DNA of 64,000 nucleotides from Candidatus Iainarchaeum sp. (GTDB lineage: Archaea; Iainarchaeota; Iainarchaeia; Iainarchaeales; VGJJ01), in contig JAZDJQ010000014.1 of assembly GCA_043803765.1 (NCBI GenBank), forward strand, positions 1,382-65,381, written 5' to 3'. The position numbers and the translations under genes are program-made. Every line of letters begins with the position of its first letter. The first letter of the stretch is position 1. Below are positions 1 to 10,494 of this stretch, piece after piece. A model generated the notes under the pieces. The model was given only the letters and a program-made list of their open reading frames with translations. It did not search any database and was not told the origin of the DNA.

Positions 1-349
1 ATCCCATTGGGGCTACTATCGTTAGGCGTGGGATTATTTTTGGTACGAGCCGGGGAAACGGTTATTGTGCTGATCGGTTTATACTGTCTTCTCTATGCCA
101 TAACCGCCTTCCAAACTTTTCGCATGCTGAGTCCTCCTTTCCGTTCAAAAAACGTTCCAACACGCCCCACCATTACAAAAAAAAAGAAATCAAAAAAGTA
201 ATTCTTTTTCCGACACTCTTTTGTTAGAGAAGAATACTATTTAGCACATGGAAGATTCTCTTTTGGATAAAGGTTTTTACGAAGCAAAAGGGCCGCCGCG
301 TAACAATATTTTTCCCGGAGTTTTTTTTCTGGTAAGAAAAAAGAGTTGA

Positions 350-1891
350 TTACCACCCTTCGATCCATTTCTTTTTTCCGTTTTTTCTTTTTTCGTGGTG
401 GAATGCGAAGAGCAATCCGAGGCATGCAATCAGAATGAGAATGAGTGCTTCCGATGGGTTGGACAAGAAGGAAGTATTGGATGGAAGAATGGGTGCTGTT
501 TCATTGGATGAAATAATCGGCATTTCTTCGCGGGATGGTTTTTCCGGTGCGGTTTCGTTTGGGGTGATTATTTTTTCTTCGGGCGGGAGTGGAATTATCC
601 CTATCGCAAATGGTGAAAATCCGTTTGTTTGGGCATCGTAATAATAGTCTTCCTCTGTTTCGAACACTTGAGCGGTTGGAAGTTCCTCCCATTTTCCTAT
701 GAAGTGGTATAGGCGGGCATCGTCAGGGTCGGCATTATTTTCAATTATGACTGTCTTGGGCACGCGAAACCGTATCATCGCAGTCATGTTGGTTGGAAGG
801 GCTTTTCCTTGAGTGGCAATAAAAAAATAGTCGCAGGGTTTCGCGCCGTCGAGTGCTGGAAAATTTCCTTCTGACTCAATCATCATTCCTACCATCGTAA
901 TGCTTTCTGGGGATGTAATGGTGATAGAGTCCACGGGGTGCAGATAGGGGTGGTGGAACTGCAATGTGATTGGGGTTCCAGGTTCTCCCTTGATGAAGGT
1001 TGCCGTCCGTTCGGAAGTGGGGGGATTTGATTTAGTAGATGATGGGGGAGTCGGTTTTCCCTGCAGGTTTCCACCCCCTGTAGTGGAGGCTGTTGTTTCG
1101 ACGGTGATGGTGATGCTTATACTGGCTATGATAGTATTTCCGGCTCCATCCGCGGCTTTCACGTAGAATGTCTGGGCTCCCTCGCTTAGTCCAGTGAACG
1201 TATAGCTCGTGTTGGTTCCATTGTCCGTGTAGGTGCTTCCGTTGGTTGATACGGAGTAGGAGGTGACTCCTGCGCCGGAGTCGGATGCCGAATAGGTTAG
1301 GGTGACACTCGTTTCAGTTGAGCTGCTCCCATTGGATGGAGATAAAATGGTAAGGGTGGGAGGCGTGTTGTCAATCATGAAGCTTGCATCGGATGCGCTG
1401 AATTCCGTATTCGTATTGTCGGATAGTGCGGCTAAAAGGTAATAGTTTCCATCGGTGATGGAGGCAATGTTGAAATCGATTGAACAGACTGTCGCGTTGG
1501 TAAAATTTGTGTCTTCACAGTGGTAGGCTCCGCTTGTGGGAAGCGTGGATAGATTCAAGTCGTTTACGATTATTGTTCCCGTTCCTTGTGAAGAAGTAGT
1601 GGAATAGTTCATGTCCAAAATAGCGTAATTAGAATCGTCACTCACGTTTACATCAATTGTAATATTTCCATCCCGCGTTGATGAGAAAACGGGCAGGGAT
1701 TGGTCATCCGGGTACCCGTCTATTTTCCATACGTTCACGTCCGGTATGGCATTGGTTCCTCCCATGTTGAATAACCAAATGGCGCCGGCTCCGCTTCTCC
1801 CAGGAGGATCGTATCCTGTTGCTCCGATGAATAAGTCATTCGTGTATCCATCATGGTCGGTGTCGGCAAAGATAGGTGGAACCAATCCCAA
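350..1891 (-). CDS. Cell-surface protein with an FG-GAP-like motif, Thr/Ser-rich low-complexity regions, and a C-terminal TM helix followed by a Lys/Arg tail (archaeosortase-type anchor architecture). The start is uncertain: the frame stays open upstream to about 2043 without an ATG.
   Basis: N-terminal motif DTDHDGY...GATGYDPPGRSGAG; long T/S-rich tracts; C-terminus ...SEALILILIACLGLLFAFHHEKRKNGKKK. The ORF tool start at 1891 is a TTG, and no signal peptide is visible there. Confidence 0.5.
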   Translation of the reverse strand: MGLVPPIFADTDHDGYTNDLFIGATGYDPPGRSGAGAIWLFNMGGTNAIPDVNVWKIDGYPDDQSLPVFSSTRDGNITIDVNVSDDSNYAILDMNYSTTSSQGTGTIIVNDLNLSTLPTSGAYHCEDTNFTNATVCSIDFNIASITDGNYYLLAALSDNTNTEFSASDASFMIDNTPPTLTILSPSNGSSSTETSVTLTYSASDSGAGVTSYSVSTNGSTYTDNGTNTSYTFTGLSEGAQTFYVKAADGAGNTIIASISITITVETTASTTGGGNLQGKPTPPSSTKSNPPTSERTATFIKGEPGTPITLQFHHPYLHPVDSITITSPESITMVGMMIESEGNFPALDGAKPCDYFFIATQGKALPTNMTAMIRFRVPKTVIIENNADPDDARLYHFIGKWEELPTAQVFETEEDYYYDAQTNGFSPFAIGIIPLPPEEKIITPNETAPEKPSREEMPIISSNETAPILPSNTSFLSNPSEALILILIACLGLLFAFHHEKRKNGKKKWIEGW

Positions 1892-2177
1892 ATTGTCTGA
1901 TGCGACCGAACCGATGAAATTGTGATCTACGTTTGTTCCCGGGGAGTTGATATCAATAATCCCGCTCTTGCTGGAAATGTCTCCAAACAGAGCCCTTAGC
2001 GTTATTGTTTTCGATTTGGACGGAATTTTGGCAGGAACAAATTACACGTAATTTTGATGGCATTAAGCAACAGGGACGGCAATTGCCCAGTGTATTGGAT
2101 TTAATGAGGACGGGAATTAGGCAATAGAATAGTCATAATGCGTGATTTTATAAACTTTTAGGCATTATGAATAGTCT

Positions 2178-3434
2178 ATGAATGGCGTTCGAGATGTTTT
2201 AACCCTTCAGAAGATGGAATTGGAAAAACGGTTCCAAGAGCAGTATGTGGAACGGGACACCACACTCACAAAAGCCAAGGATAATTTAGTTCGCGTGATA
2301 ATAGGCCCGCGCCGTGCGGGAAAATCTTTTTTTACCGCCCATTGGCTGAAAAAAAATGCCAAATTTGGATACATTAATTTTGATGATGAAAAACTGGTCA
2401 CGGTGAAAGATTTCAACGAATTGCTTGCCATCACCGATACCCTGTATGACATTCCAGAAGTTCTCATGCTGGATGAAATTCAAAATTTGGACAAGTGGTA
2501 ATTGATTGCCAATCGATTACAGCGGGAGGGAAGAAAAATATTCATCACCGGTAGCAATTCAAATCTCTTGAGCAAAGAACTAGCGACTCATCTTACCGGA
2601 AGACACTTGCAGATAAGCATTTTTCCTTTTTCATTCAGCGAATATATTCAATTTCAAAACGAATCATTTACGGAAGTAAAAACAAAAGAAAAATTGATTG
2701 AATATGCCACGAAGGGGGGATATCCTGAACCCATCGTCAAAAATATGGATTACAAAGAATATTTATCCACCCTGCTTAATTCAATAATATATAAAGACAT
2801 CGTAAAAAGGCACAAGATACGAAAACCAAACGCCATCGAGGACATGGTCTTGTTTCTTCTTTCAAATGTGGGAAACGAATATTCCTATCAGCGTTTGGCA
2901 GAGTTAACCCAATCGAAAAGTTCCCATACGGTCCAGAAATATCTTGGTTATTTGGAAGAAGCGTTCGTTCTCTTCTCCCTGAAACGTTTTTCGTACAAAA
3001 CAAGAGAACAGATTACCTCTAACAAAAAAATTTATTCCATCGACAATGGATTTATTGGAGCAAAATCAACCAAGACGACGCAAGATCTCGGCAAGCTGTA
3101 TGAAAACATTGTTGCCATACACTTGAAAAAAGAAGAGATTGATGGAAAGATAAATGTTTATTATTGGAAAAGCCAGCAGCATGAAGAAGTGGATTTTGTC
3201 ATAAAAGAAAGATTGAAAATAAGTAAACTCATCCAAGTTTGCTATGATGCCACAAACCCAGATGCCAAGAAAAGGGAAATTCGTGCGTTGATAAAAGCCA
3301 AACAAGAACTCAAATGCAATGAATTGATTATTCTTACCCACGACTACGAAAACGAAGAGGAAGTAGAATGGTATGGTGAAAAAGCGAAAATTCGGTTTAC
3401 CCCATTATGGAAATGGCTGCTGGGAAAGCAATAA
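2178..3434 (+). pseudogene. COG1373-type AAA+ ATPase (Walker A plus a C-terminal DUF4143-like domain) interrupted by a single in-frame TAA at 2499-2501. It is a paralog of the intact gene at 10495-11775.
   Basis: ORFs 2178-2501 and 2502-3434 are in the same frame. GPRRAGKS is a Walker A motif. ...LDEIQNLDKW*LIANRLQREG aligns with LDEPQGKNGWNQFVNRLYENG of the intact copy. Confidence 0.6.
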
Positions 3435-3442
3435 CACTTTTA

Positions 3443-3456
3443 TGCCTCGGGGGAGG
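3443..3456. repeat. The 14-nt core atgcctcgggggag, identical to the 3' end plus 1-nt flank of tRNA-Met at 32135-32148. Putative att-core remnant.
   Basis: Exact match read directly. Lies immediately downstream of the ATPase pseudogene stop. Confidence 0.6.
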
Positions 3457-3563
3457 TCTTAACCGTCCAGTGCAACATGCTTACTGGTTCAAGCCGGTTG
3501 GATAATACCAATAATACCTACTCGATATTTATTCACTGCATCAAAAAGTGTCACAAGCCGCCA

Positions 3564-5006
3564 TTATTTAATGGACACTCCAGCTGACCAGCCCATAGTC
3601 CCAATAATATTTCGATCCTTATCCGGGCTCATTTCTGCAAGCTTTTGGGCATATTCGGCGAGCATCTTTTCAGCGCCTGAGCCAAGCCGAGTAAAGGTAT
3701 CAAGCCAATACCGCTGGAGAACTTGGTAAGGGATGTAATCTGATTCCTCCAAAAAGGGAAATTTTTCGATTAGTTTCCGATAAGCAGGCGATCCTGGAAT
3801 AATAAATACAATACTCGCAATCACTCTTTCCATGATATCAAGGTTGGCTTTCACAAAATCGACGTTTTCCTTGAGGGATTCTTCAGTTTCTCCGGCCAAT
3901 CCCAGAACAAATCCTGCTTGGATCAAAATGCCATATTTTCTCGCCAAATCAATAGCCTTCTGATGAATTCCCTTTGTTGTCCCCTTCATGTTCAATTTTT
4001 GGACATTGTCATTGGCCGAATCAAAGCCAATGTAGATAATGCGCGTGTTCAGTTTCTTCAGCGCAGCAAAAGAGCGCTCGTTGGCAAAGAGGCTTTGGAC
4101 GTAGAAAATCCACCCAAGGTCATATTCATCATACAATTTTCTCAGCGGTTCATAAGTGACCAGACGCTCTAACATTTCAATCTCAGGCGCAGCGTTATCC
4201 CCATAACATTTCAAAGTTACTTTGGAGCCTTTTGGAACGCTCCACTTTTCAAGATAATGTTTGATTTCATTCGTCACGGCTTCCGGACTTCGAATGGACA
4301 CCACATCCTTCAATCCACAGAATGAACAATAAGCAAATTCATCAGTTGGAATATTTTTCCCCAACTTCAATCGGTTATCCCGATAGCGGCAACCGAAATG
4401 GGTGAAAACCTGGAACATGTACGGTGAAGTAGCATCGATCCTTTCCTGAAAATTCTTCCAATATTCTGAAATGGAAGGAATAAGAATGGACAAATCCAGC
4501 GGCACACTTTCCTCCCAGACATATGGGGCATCTTCCTCTTTCATGTGGACAACGTTTCCGTTTTGATGAAAAGATAAATTGGGAATGCCAGAATAGTTTT
4601 GAGAGCCAATAAGTTGTTCGTAAAGATCGAGGAAAACTTTCTCGCCCTTACCCCGGATCATGAAATCGAAGATATCACCACGAAATGTTCCAATTTGCCG
4701 GTACATTTCGGTAACATAAGGGCCACCCAAAACAATTGTTTTCCCTTGATGCTTGAACCGTGATGCCAAGACAATAGCTTGGTGGTAGACCAGCGAGCTG
4801 GAAATGGAAATGCATACAACATCACCAGTCACCAGATTGGGGGATGCTCCCGCACTGAGATCAATAACTCTGGCGATATTTGGATATTTTTTGTTGAGTC
4901 GTGTCGCCAATGCGAGCAATCCAGTAGGATAGTAGATGGCTACGTTTGCTCCCAGACTGCCTATTTCAACGGGCACGGTAATGAAGTCGACTGTCCGATG
5001 ACCCAT
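3564..5006 (-). CDS. B12-binding-domain / radical SAM family protein.
   Basis: N-terminal Rossmann-like B12-binding region (VVCISISSS...GKTIVLGGPY). Cys cluster GCRYRDN...x20...YCSFCG. C-terminal TIM-barrel-like region. Confidence 0.5.
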   Translation of the reverse strand: MGHRTVDFITVPVEIGSLGANVAIYYPTGLLALATRLNKKYPNIARVIDLSAGASPNLVTGDVVCISISSSLVYHQAIVLASRFKHQGKTIVLGGPYVTEMYRQIGTFRGDIFDFMIRGKGEKVFLDLYEQLIGSQNYSGIPNLSFHQNGNVVHMKEEDAPYVWEESVPLDLSILIPSISEYWKNFQERIDATSPYMFQVFTHFGCRYRDNRLKLGKNIPTDEFAYCSFCGLKDVVSIRSPEAVTNEIKHYLEKWSVPKGSKVTLKCYGDNAAPEIEMLERLVTYEPLRKLYDEYDLGWIFYVQSLFANERSFAALKKLNTRIIYIGFDSANDNVQKLNMKGTTKGIHQKAIDLARKYGILIQAGFVLGLAGETEESLKENVDFVKANLDIMERVIASIVFIIPGSPAYRKLIEKFPFLEESDYIPYQVLQRYWLDTFTRLGSGAEKMLAEYAQKLAEMSPDKDRNIIGTMGWSAGVSIK

Positions 5007-5063
5007 TCAAGTTATGTATCACAACGAGGGTATTATATTCTTGCTGTAAATTATTTACGACAT

Positions 5064-5825
5064 ATGGGCCAAATCGAGAATGCATTAACCAAATATGGAC
5101 TATCCCAAAAGGAGGCAAGCATCTATGCTGCCTGCATTTCGTTGGGAGAGGCAACTGCAAATGAAATCGCCCAAAAGAGTCAAGTTCCAAGAACGTTGAC
5201 ATACGACATTCTCGAACGACTAATGGAAATGGGACTGATTTCCCATCAACTCCAAAATGGAGTCAAATCGTTTGCTGCAGCAGACCCGGACGAATTACTA
5301 CACATTCTGAAAGAAAAAGAAACGGCCATCAGAAAAGCAATGCCTGAATTAAAAGCAATCCAAAAACAAACTGGTTCACGAAGACCCAAAATAAGTCTCT
5401 ATGTTGGGAAAGACGGGATGAAAACGGTCATGAATAACATCTTACGTTCGAATACGAAGGAATTCCTGGCATATGGCAGTTCAAGGTCATCCTACGAATT
5501 GATTCCGGCATTCATGGAACGGTGGCACCAAGAACGAATCGAAAAAGGGGTGTTGATGCGGGCCATTTACAACGATACGAAACAATCCAGGCAGCGCATC
5601 CAAAAATACCAAAAGTCCCTTCGATTATCAGAGTACAGAGTATCCCCTATTACACTCGAATCACCGACAGCCACCCTTATTTATGGGGAAAACGTCATCC
5701 TTCAATCATGGACCCCTGAACCATTCGCTGTTCTCATTCAATCCAAAGAAATGGCCGAAAACCAACGAGAATACTTCAATCAATTATGGAAGGTCATTGG
5801 GAGTAGCTCAGCCAGTTATCTATGA
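5064..5825 (+). CDS. TrmB-family transcriptional regulator (N-terminal HTH). Divergent from the radical SAM gene.
   Basis: LSQKEASIYAACISLGEATANEIAQKSQVPRTLTYDILERLMEMGLI matches the TrmB HTH. An ATG at 5064 avoids overlap with the upstream gene. Confidence 0.6.
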   Translation: MGQIENALTKYGLSQKEASIYAACISLGEATANEIAQKSQVPRTLTYDILERLMEMGLISHQLQNGVKSFAAADPDELLHILKEKETAIRKAMPELKAIQKQTGSRRPKISLYVGKDGMKTVMNNILRSNTKEFLAYGSSRSSYELIPAFMERWHQERIEKGVLMRAIYNDTKQSRQRIQKYQKSLRLSEYRVSPITLESPTATLIYGENVILQSWTPEPFAVLIQSKEMAENQREYFNQLWKVIGSSSASYL

Positions 5826-5852
5826 CAGATAGGGATATTGAACTGAACGATA

Positions 5853-5905
5853 CAATGCCTCGGGGGCGAATAGAAGATAGGGGTAAACTGCCTTTTGTAA
5901 TGAAC
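5853..5905. repeat. tRNA-Met 3'-end core (caatgcctcggggg) followed by a roughly 45-nt conserved extension. Paralogous copy at 14672-14722.
   Basis: Alignment of 5853-5905 against 14672-14722: gcctcggggg..gaagatag.ggtaaactgcc.tttgtaa.gaacaata. Confidence 0.6.
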
Positions 5906-6027
5906 AATATGCAAATGGAAATACCCATAAGATTTCATATCAACAATCCGTATGCCTGCTGTGGATTCTGCGGGGATTGGATCAAACAAAAAAAAACTCG
6001 TTGCATGGGTAAGTTAGAGCAAGGCAT

Positions 6028-7317
6028 TCACTCATAACGTAAAGCCTCAATAGGTCTTAACTTAGAGGCGGTTCGTGCCGGGATGAGTCCTGCAATGACC
6101 CCGATAATGGTGGATAAGATAATGGCCATTAGAATCAACTCAATGGAAACATAGGTAGATGCTCCTCTCGCACCGGGCGTAGGAATGAAGCCCATTCCGG
6201 AAATGGCAAACGAAACAATCGTTCCTAAAATGACCCCAATAATCCCTCCCACGAATCCAAATAACCCTGACTCCATGACAAAAAGCAACAAAACTTCATT
6301 ATTGGTTGAACCCAATGCCTTGAGTATTCCTATTTCCTTTGTCTTTTCCAATACGGAAGTGAACATACTGTTAGCAACCCCCAGCGCTCCTACTACTAAT
6401 GATACTGCTGCTATCGCACCCAAGAAAAGAGTCAATGTTTCGGTTACCGAACCCACTTGTTCTTGAACGGCCTGCGAGGAAGTAACCGAAAAATCTTGGG
6501 TACGTTCAGTCACTTTCCGCGAAATTTGTAGGGAAGCCGTCAAGTCCTGCGTCGTCTGTTCCACTAATTCAGGGGCGGAAACCTTTGCTTGAATACTTGT
6601 GTACGTATCGCGGTTTACATCTTCCACTGTGTTCCACGCACTATTCAGGGACATGTAAATCGTGTTATCGCTTCCGCTTCCTCCAAATCCAGATCCTGAA
6701 GCAGAAAGAATTCCTACCACAGTGAAGGGCTTATCCTCCAATGTAATAATTCGGCCCAAGGTAATAGGTTGTTTGAATGTTTCATTCGCAATTCGATCTC
6801 CAATCACCACCCCGATTGAATCACTTGCTGTCAATAAACGTCCCGAAGCGAGAGAAACATTCGATGTCTGTGGCCACGTCGTGGGGTTAACCCCCTGCAC
6901 GCTCACATTGGATTTTTCTCCAACAAAAACGAGTTCTCCTCGGCCTGAAACAATTTCCGTGACCAATGTCACGTTGGGATTTGCGTTGATAATGATAGAG
7001 TCCTTTTTCGTTAAGGTTGGTTCCTCATCTGTTGTGCTGGTTGAGTTCGTGATAGTAATGGCACCCGACTCACCTCCTCCGGCTCGAAATCCTCCTCCGA
7101 ACCCTTGGGCACGACTAAAACCGGGAGAAATAGTAATGATGTCTGCACCAAAACCGGATAATTGTTGTTGCACATTCGCCTGTGCTCCCTCTCCAATTGA
7201 AATGATTGAAACCACTGCCGCCACTCCAATGATAATTCCCAATAGGGTAAGCCATGACCGTAGGCGGCGATGAAGAATACTGTTCAGAGATAAGGAAAAT
7301 GAATCCTTCAGCTTCAT
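6028..7317 (-). CDS. ABC transporter permease, MacB/FtsX type (N-terminal TM, large periplasmic domain, C-terminal FtsX 3-TM domain).
   Basis: MKLKDSFSLSLNSILHRRLRSWLTLLGIIIGVAAVVSIIS is a MacB-like N-terminus. C-terminal TM bundle. Confidence 0.8.
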   Translation of the reverse strand: MKLKDSFSLSLNSILHRRLRSWLTLLGIIIGVAAVVSIISIGEGAQANVQQQLSGFGADIITISPGFSRAQGFGGGFRAGGGESGAITITNSTSTTDEEPTLTKKDSIIINANPNVTLVTEIVSGRGELVFVGEKSNVSVQGVNPTTWPQTSNVSLASGRLLTASDSIGVVIGDRIANETFKQPITLGRIITLEDKPFTVVGILSASGSGFGGSGSDNTIYMSLNSAWNTVEDVNRDTYTSIQAKVSAPELVEQTTQDLTASLQISRKVTERTQDFSVTSSQAVQEQVGSVTETLTLFLGAIAAVSLVVGALGVANSMFTSVLEKTKEIGILKALGSTNNEVLLLFVMESGLFGFVGGIIGVILGTIVSFAISGMGFIPTPGARGASTYVSIELILMAIILSTIIGVIAGLIPARTASKLRPIEALRYE

Positions 7318-7322
7318 TCCAT

Positions 7323-8879
7323 TTACCTCTTTTCCTTTTTACTACTGCGATTCAGCAATGTCTTTGCTTTTTCCCTCCAATCATTGCGAAAAAACAACAC
7401 CAATCCTATAAGAGAAAGGATGCAGGATACTCCGATGGCTATCTCGTTTCGATTCAAAAGCAAGATAGAAATGAGAAAAACGACAACGATACCTGCCAAC
7501 ACTTTGAGCAACGAAGTCCATTCTCTTTTCGCTTTGAAATGATTGTATCCAATTCCTCCAATTAACACAACGGCGAGTAACCCCCAGGCAAGAAGCGGCG
7601 AAAGACCTGTCGACATCGCCCGATTCGTTTGTCCTATTCCACTATTCAAAGAATTGGCACTCAAACTAATAGTCTTAGTAACGGTTTGCCGCTCTCCTGT
7701 TGTGTCCGTGTAGGCAATTTCCAATTCAAGTGTGCGTGGGATGGGCGGGGCAAACATATTGGTGTCACCTCTACCGGTCGGACGACCTTGAAATCCACTG
7801 CCAAAGCCGTCCGTCCCAGAACCTTGCGGCAAAGTAGAGGTGTCCATTGTTCCGGTTCCAGATAACCCGCTCGCTGTTCCAAGTTGGAATGTTGCAATCG
7901 TAAAGTCTCCTTTATTCAGATTTCCCAATATGGAGATATTGCTTCCGCTCGATGAAACATTCAGCAACTTGGCAACCACTGCGCCTGCATTATTGGAGCC
8001 GATGTTGGCGATACTCACGGACAACTGGTTGCTTACCATTTCTCCACTTACTTCAAAATCGGTTTTTCCGCCAATGATGACTCCTATTTCGGAGGCTTGT
8101 TCTTGGTCCCCGTTGCTATCCGTAAAACTCACATTAATGGACAGGGGATAGATTCCTGTTGTAATATTGGGATCGGCGGCAACAGTGTACTGTAGGGTTG
8201 CCTTTTCTCCTGCGGGGATAATGGGAATGTAGCGTTTGTTATCCGTGCCTACTGGTAAAATAAGCGAGCTTTCTTCTGTCCACGAGAATGAAATATTGGA
8301 TACCGCGGTTCCCCCTACATTCGTAAGAGTAAACGTCACATTCGTTTGGTTCCCGGGATTGATGATGCGGGGTTCGAGTGTCACATCAATGTTTTTCTCG
8401 GCTCCGGACACTGGAATAATTATTTCGTGATTTTCGGTGACGGGAACTCCGTTTCGAATATACGAAAGGGTTAAGAGAGTGGGATAATGACTTGGAGGAG
8501 TATCCGCCTTTATGCGGAAAGTAAAAACCAGTGTTTTGGTTGCATCCGGTAAAATGGAAGAAGCACCATCCTCGATATCCATGGGATCGAATTGTTCTCC
8601 AATATCCAATAATCCATTCAAATCCTGAATGGTGATCGAAGCACCTTTATTGTGAACATCTACTGCCAGACTCACGACGTCACCTGCGTAAATGGTATTC
8701 GGTAGAAAAGTGGTTCCTTGTATTTCAGCCAAATACGCAAATTCACCAGAATAATCCCCTAATTGAGCATGAACGAGTGGAATGGATAATCCAATTCCCA
8801 AGAAGACGAACGCGAAAAATAACAGCGGCCCCCTTCGCATAATATTCCATTCAGTATTTTCATTTTTCCATTCCATCAT
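7323..8879 (-). CDS. Large extracellular or surface protein of the ABC operon (signal peptide, beta-rich repeats, C-terminal TMs).
   Basis: N-terminal signal/TM FFAFVFLGIGLSIPLVHAQ. C-terminal TM helices plus a basic tail. Gene order ATPase - surface protein - permease. Confidence 0.5.
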   Translation of the reverse strand: MMEWKNENTEWNIMRRGPLLFFAFVFLGIGLSIPLVHAQLGDYSGEFAYLAEIQGTTFLPNTIYAGDVVSLAVDVHNKGASITIQDLNGLLDIGEQFDPMDIEDGASSILPDATKTLVFTFRIKADTPPSHYPTLLTLSYIRNGVPVTENHEIIIPVSGAEKNIDVTLEPRIINPGNQTNVTFTLTNVGGTAVSNISFSWTEESSLILPVGTDNKRYIPIIPAGEKATLQYTVAADPNITTGIYPLSINVSFTDSNGDQEQASEIGVIIGGKTDFEVSGEMVSNQLSVSIANIGSNNAGAVVAKLLNVSSSGSNISILGNLNKGDFTIATFQLGTASGLSGTGTMDTSTLPQGSGTDGFGSGFQGRPTGRGDTNMFAPPIPRTLELEIAYTDTTGERQTVTKTISLSANSLNSGIGQTNRAMSTGLSPLLAWGLLAVVLIGGIGYNHFKAKREWTSLLKVLAGIVVVFLISILLLNRNEIAIGVSCILSLIGLVLFFRNDWREKAKTLLNRSSKKEKR

Positions 8880-9608
8880 TTATCCTCTCCTGAGTCGATT
8901 TTTTCCATCGTAACTAATTTTGCCATCCTTCATCTCAATGACGCGGTCCGCATACTTGGCAATATTTGGTTCATGCGTCACCAATACAATCGTCTTTCCC
9001 TGCTTGGAATGCAAGTGGTCTAAGATATCCATGATTTCGTAACTCGTCTTCGTGTCCAAATTTCCAGTAGGTTCATCCGCTAACACCATCGAAGGATTGG
9101 CTGAAAGTGCGCGGGCCACTGCTACCCGTTGCCGTTCTCCTCCAGACAGTTGAGCGGGAAAGTGACTGACACGATGGGAGAGTCCCACTTGGGAGAGTAA
9201 GTCAAGGACCGTTTTCTCAATCGTTTCTTCTTCCAATTCATGAATGCGCATGGGCAGGGCTACATTGTCAAAAACTGTCAACGTGGGATGAAGATTGAAG
9301 GTCTGAAACACAAACCCAATCGTTTTTCCACGCAAACGTGAGACGTGGGATTCATCAAGCGTAGAAAGTGGCTGGCCATCCAAGAGGACTTCCCCTTTGG
9401 TTGGAATATCCAATGCTCCGACTAAATTGAGAAGAGTGGATTTACCCGAGCCGGACGCACCCATTATTGCCACAAACTCCCCTTTTTGGATGGTTAAATT
9501 AACTCCTTTTACGGCAGGGACTTCCACTTGGTCCATTTGGTAGATTTTCCACGCATCCTGGATTTGCAGTAACGGCACCGATCTCTGAATCATGATTTGA
9601 ACACCCAT
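8880..9608 (-). CDS. ABC transporter ATP-binding protein (MacB/LolD-like).
   Basis: Walker A GASGSGKST, signature LSGGERQRVAVARAL, Walker B LADEPTGNLD. Confidence 0.9.
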   Translation of the reverse strand: MGVQIMIQRSVPLLQIQDAWKIYQMDQVEVPAVKGVNLTIQKGEFVAIMGASGSGKSTLLNLVGALDIPTKGEVLLDGQPLSTLDESHVSRLRGKTIGFVFQTFNLHPTLTVFDNVALPMRIHELEEETIEKTVLDLLSQVGLSHRVSHFPAQLSGGERQRVAVARALSANPSMVLADEPTGNLDTKTSYEIMDILDHLHSKQGKTIVLVTHEPNIAKYADRVIEMKDGKISYDGKNRLRRG

Positions 9609-9819
9609 TCAATCATTCAAAAAGCATTCCACTAATTAGACCCAAATCTCACACGGATTAAGGATACTCATTCTATTCTCCAAAATGCCTGTTTCAGCGT
9701 TGGATAAATAAATACGCACGGCAGGGCATCGCAGTATGGGAAAAATTCCTTGGGGGATCCAAGCAGCAAGATGGGACACCTCATTAAAGGAGGAAATATA
9801 AAACCTGAACGATGTCCTG

Positions 9820-10299
9820 TTGAACATGCCTACTCGGCGTTCCCGCAGCCATCGAATAACCCGCCTGTACTACGCCATCAGCCCACGCATAATTCATTTA
9901 GTGGTGGAAAAGGTGGTTTCCAAAAAAAGATTAGGGGAGATACGCGAACACGTACTTGGAAAAAGTATTGTGGAAAGAGAAGGCCGCATCCGATCCACCC
10001 CTGAAGGGCATGTGTGGGCCCTCATCTATAATGGAACAAGCAAATCATGGAGTGAGCTATCGGATGCGCAAAAGGAAAGACATCTGCATCATGTTCTGCA
10101 ATTCATTGGAAAAAATGACGTATTGGTCTCCCTTAGAAGAATACAAAATCTTATGGGAACTAATGAAATAGATGAATTGGGTAGAACTTCTAGACGATCC
10201 GAGCAATACGAAACATTGGTAGAAAGAATACGGCGCAAACAAAACGCGCACTCCATCATTGAAGGCATTATCCGAAAAGTGCAAGAAAAACAAAAATAG
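9820..10299 (+). CDS. Hypothetical protein.
   Basis: ORF only; no recognisable motif. Confidence 0.3.
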   Translation: MNMPTRRSRSHRITRLYYAISPRIIHLVVEKVVSKKRLGEIREHVLGKSIVEREGRIRSTPEGHVWALIYNGTSKSWSELSDAQKERHLHHVLQFIGKNDVLVSLRRIQNLMGTNEIDELGRTSRRSEQYETLVERIRRKQNAHSIIEGIIRKVQEKQK

Positions 10300-10317
10300 A
10301 CGAATGGGAATGGTTTA

Positions 10318-10344
10318 GTGCCTCTGGAATCGACTTGAACTCCC
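10318..10344. repeat. Degenerate tRNA-Met 3'-fragment-like repeat. It shares 26 nt exactly (tgcctctggaatcgacttgaactccc) with 11815-11840.
   Basis: Direct repeat flanking the ATPase gene. T-loop-like gagttcaagtc on the minus strand. Confidence 0.6.
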
Positions 10345-10494
10345 AACCAACGGGTTACGAACGGGTGTCTGCTATTTTTATTTTATTAGAAATTTCGACA
10401 GGGGACGTACTTTCAATATCATTGAAAATAAAATGGATTCTCTTTTCATTACTATTGAAAAGGTTTATATATGGATTTGGAGTAAGTAGAATGG

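Noticed and set aside
4779-5063. Extended 348-aa version of the TrmB ORF starting at 4779.
   Set aside because: Its first 228 nt overlap the radical SAM gene on the opposite strand. The internal ATG at 5064 gives a normal TrmB N-terminus.
5822-6037. 71-aa plus-strand ORF.
   Set aside because: It lies entirely over the att-core/65-nt repeat element and the permease terminator region. Its paralogous repeat copy does not preserve the frame.
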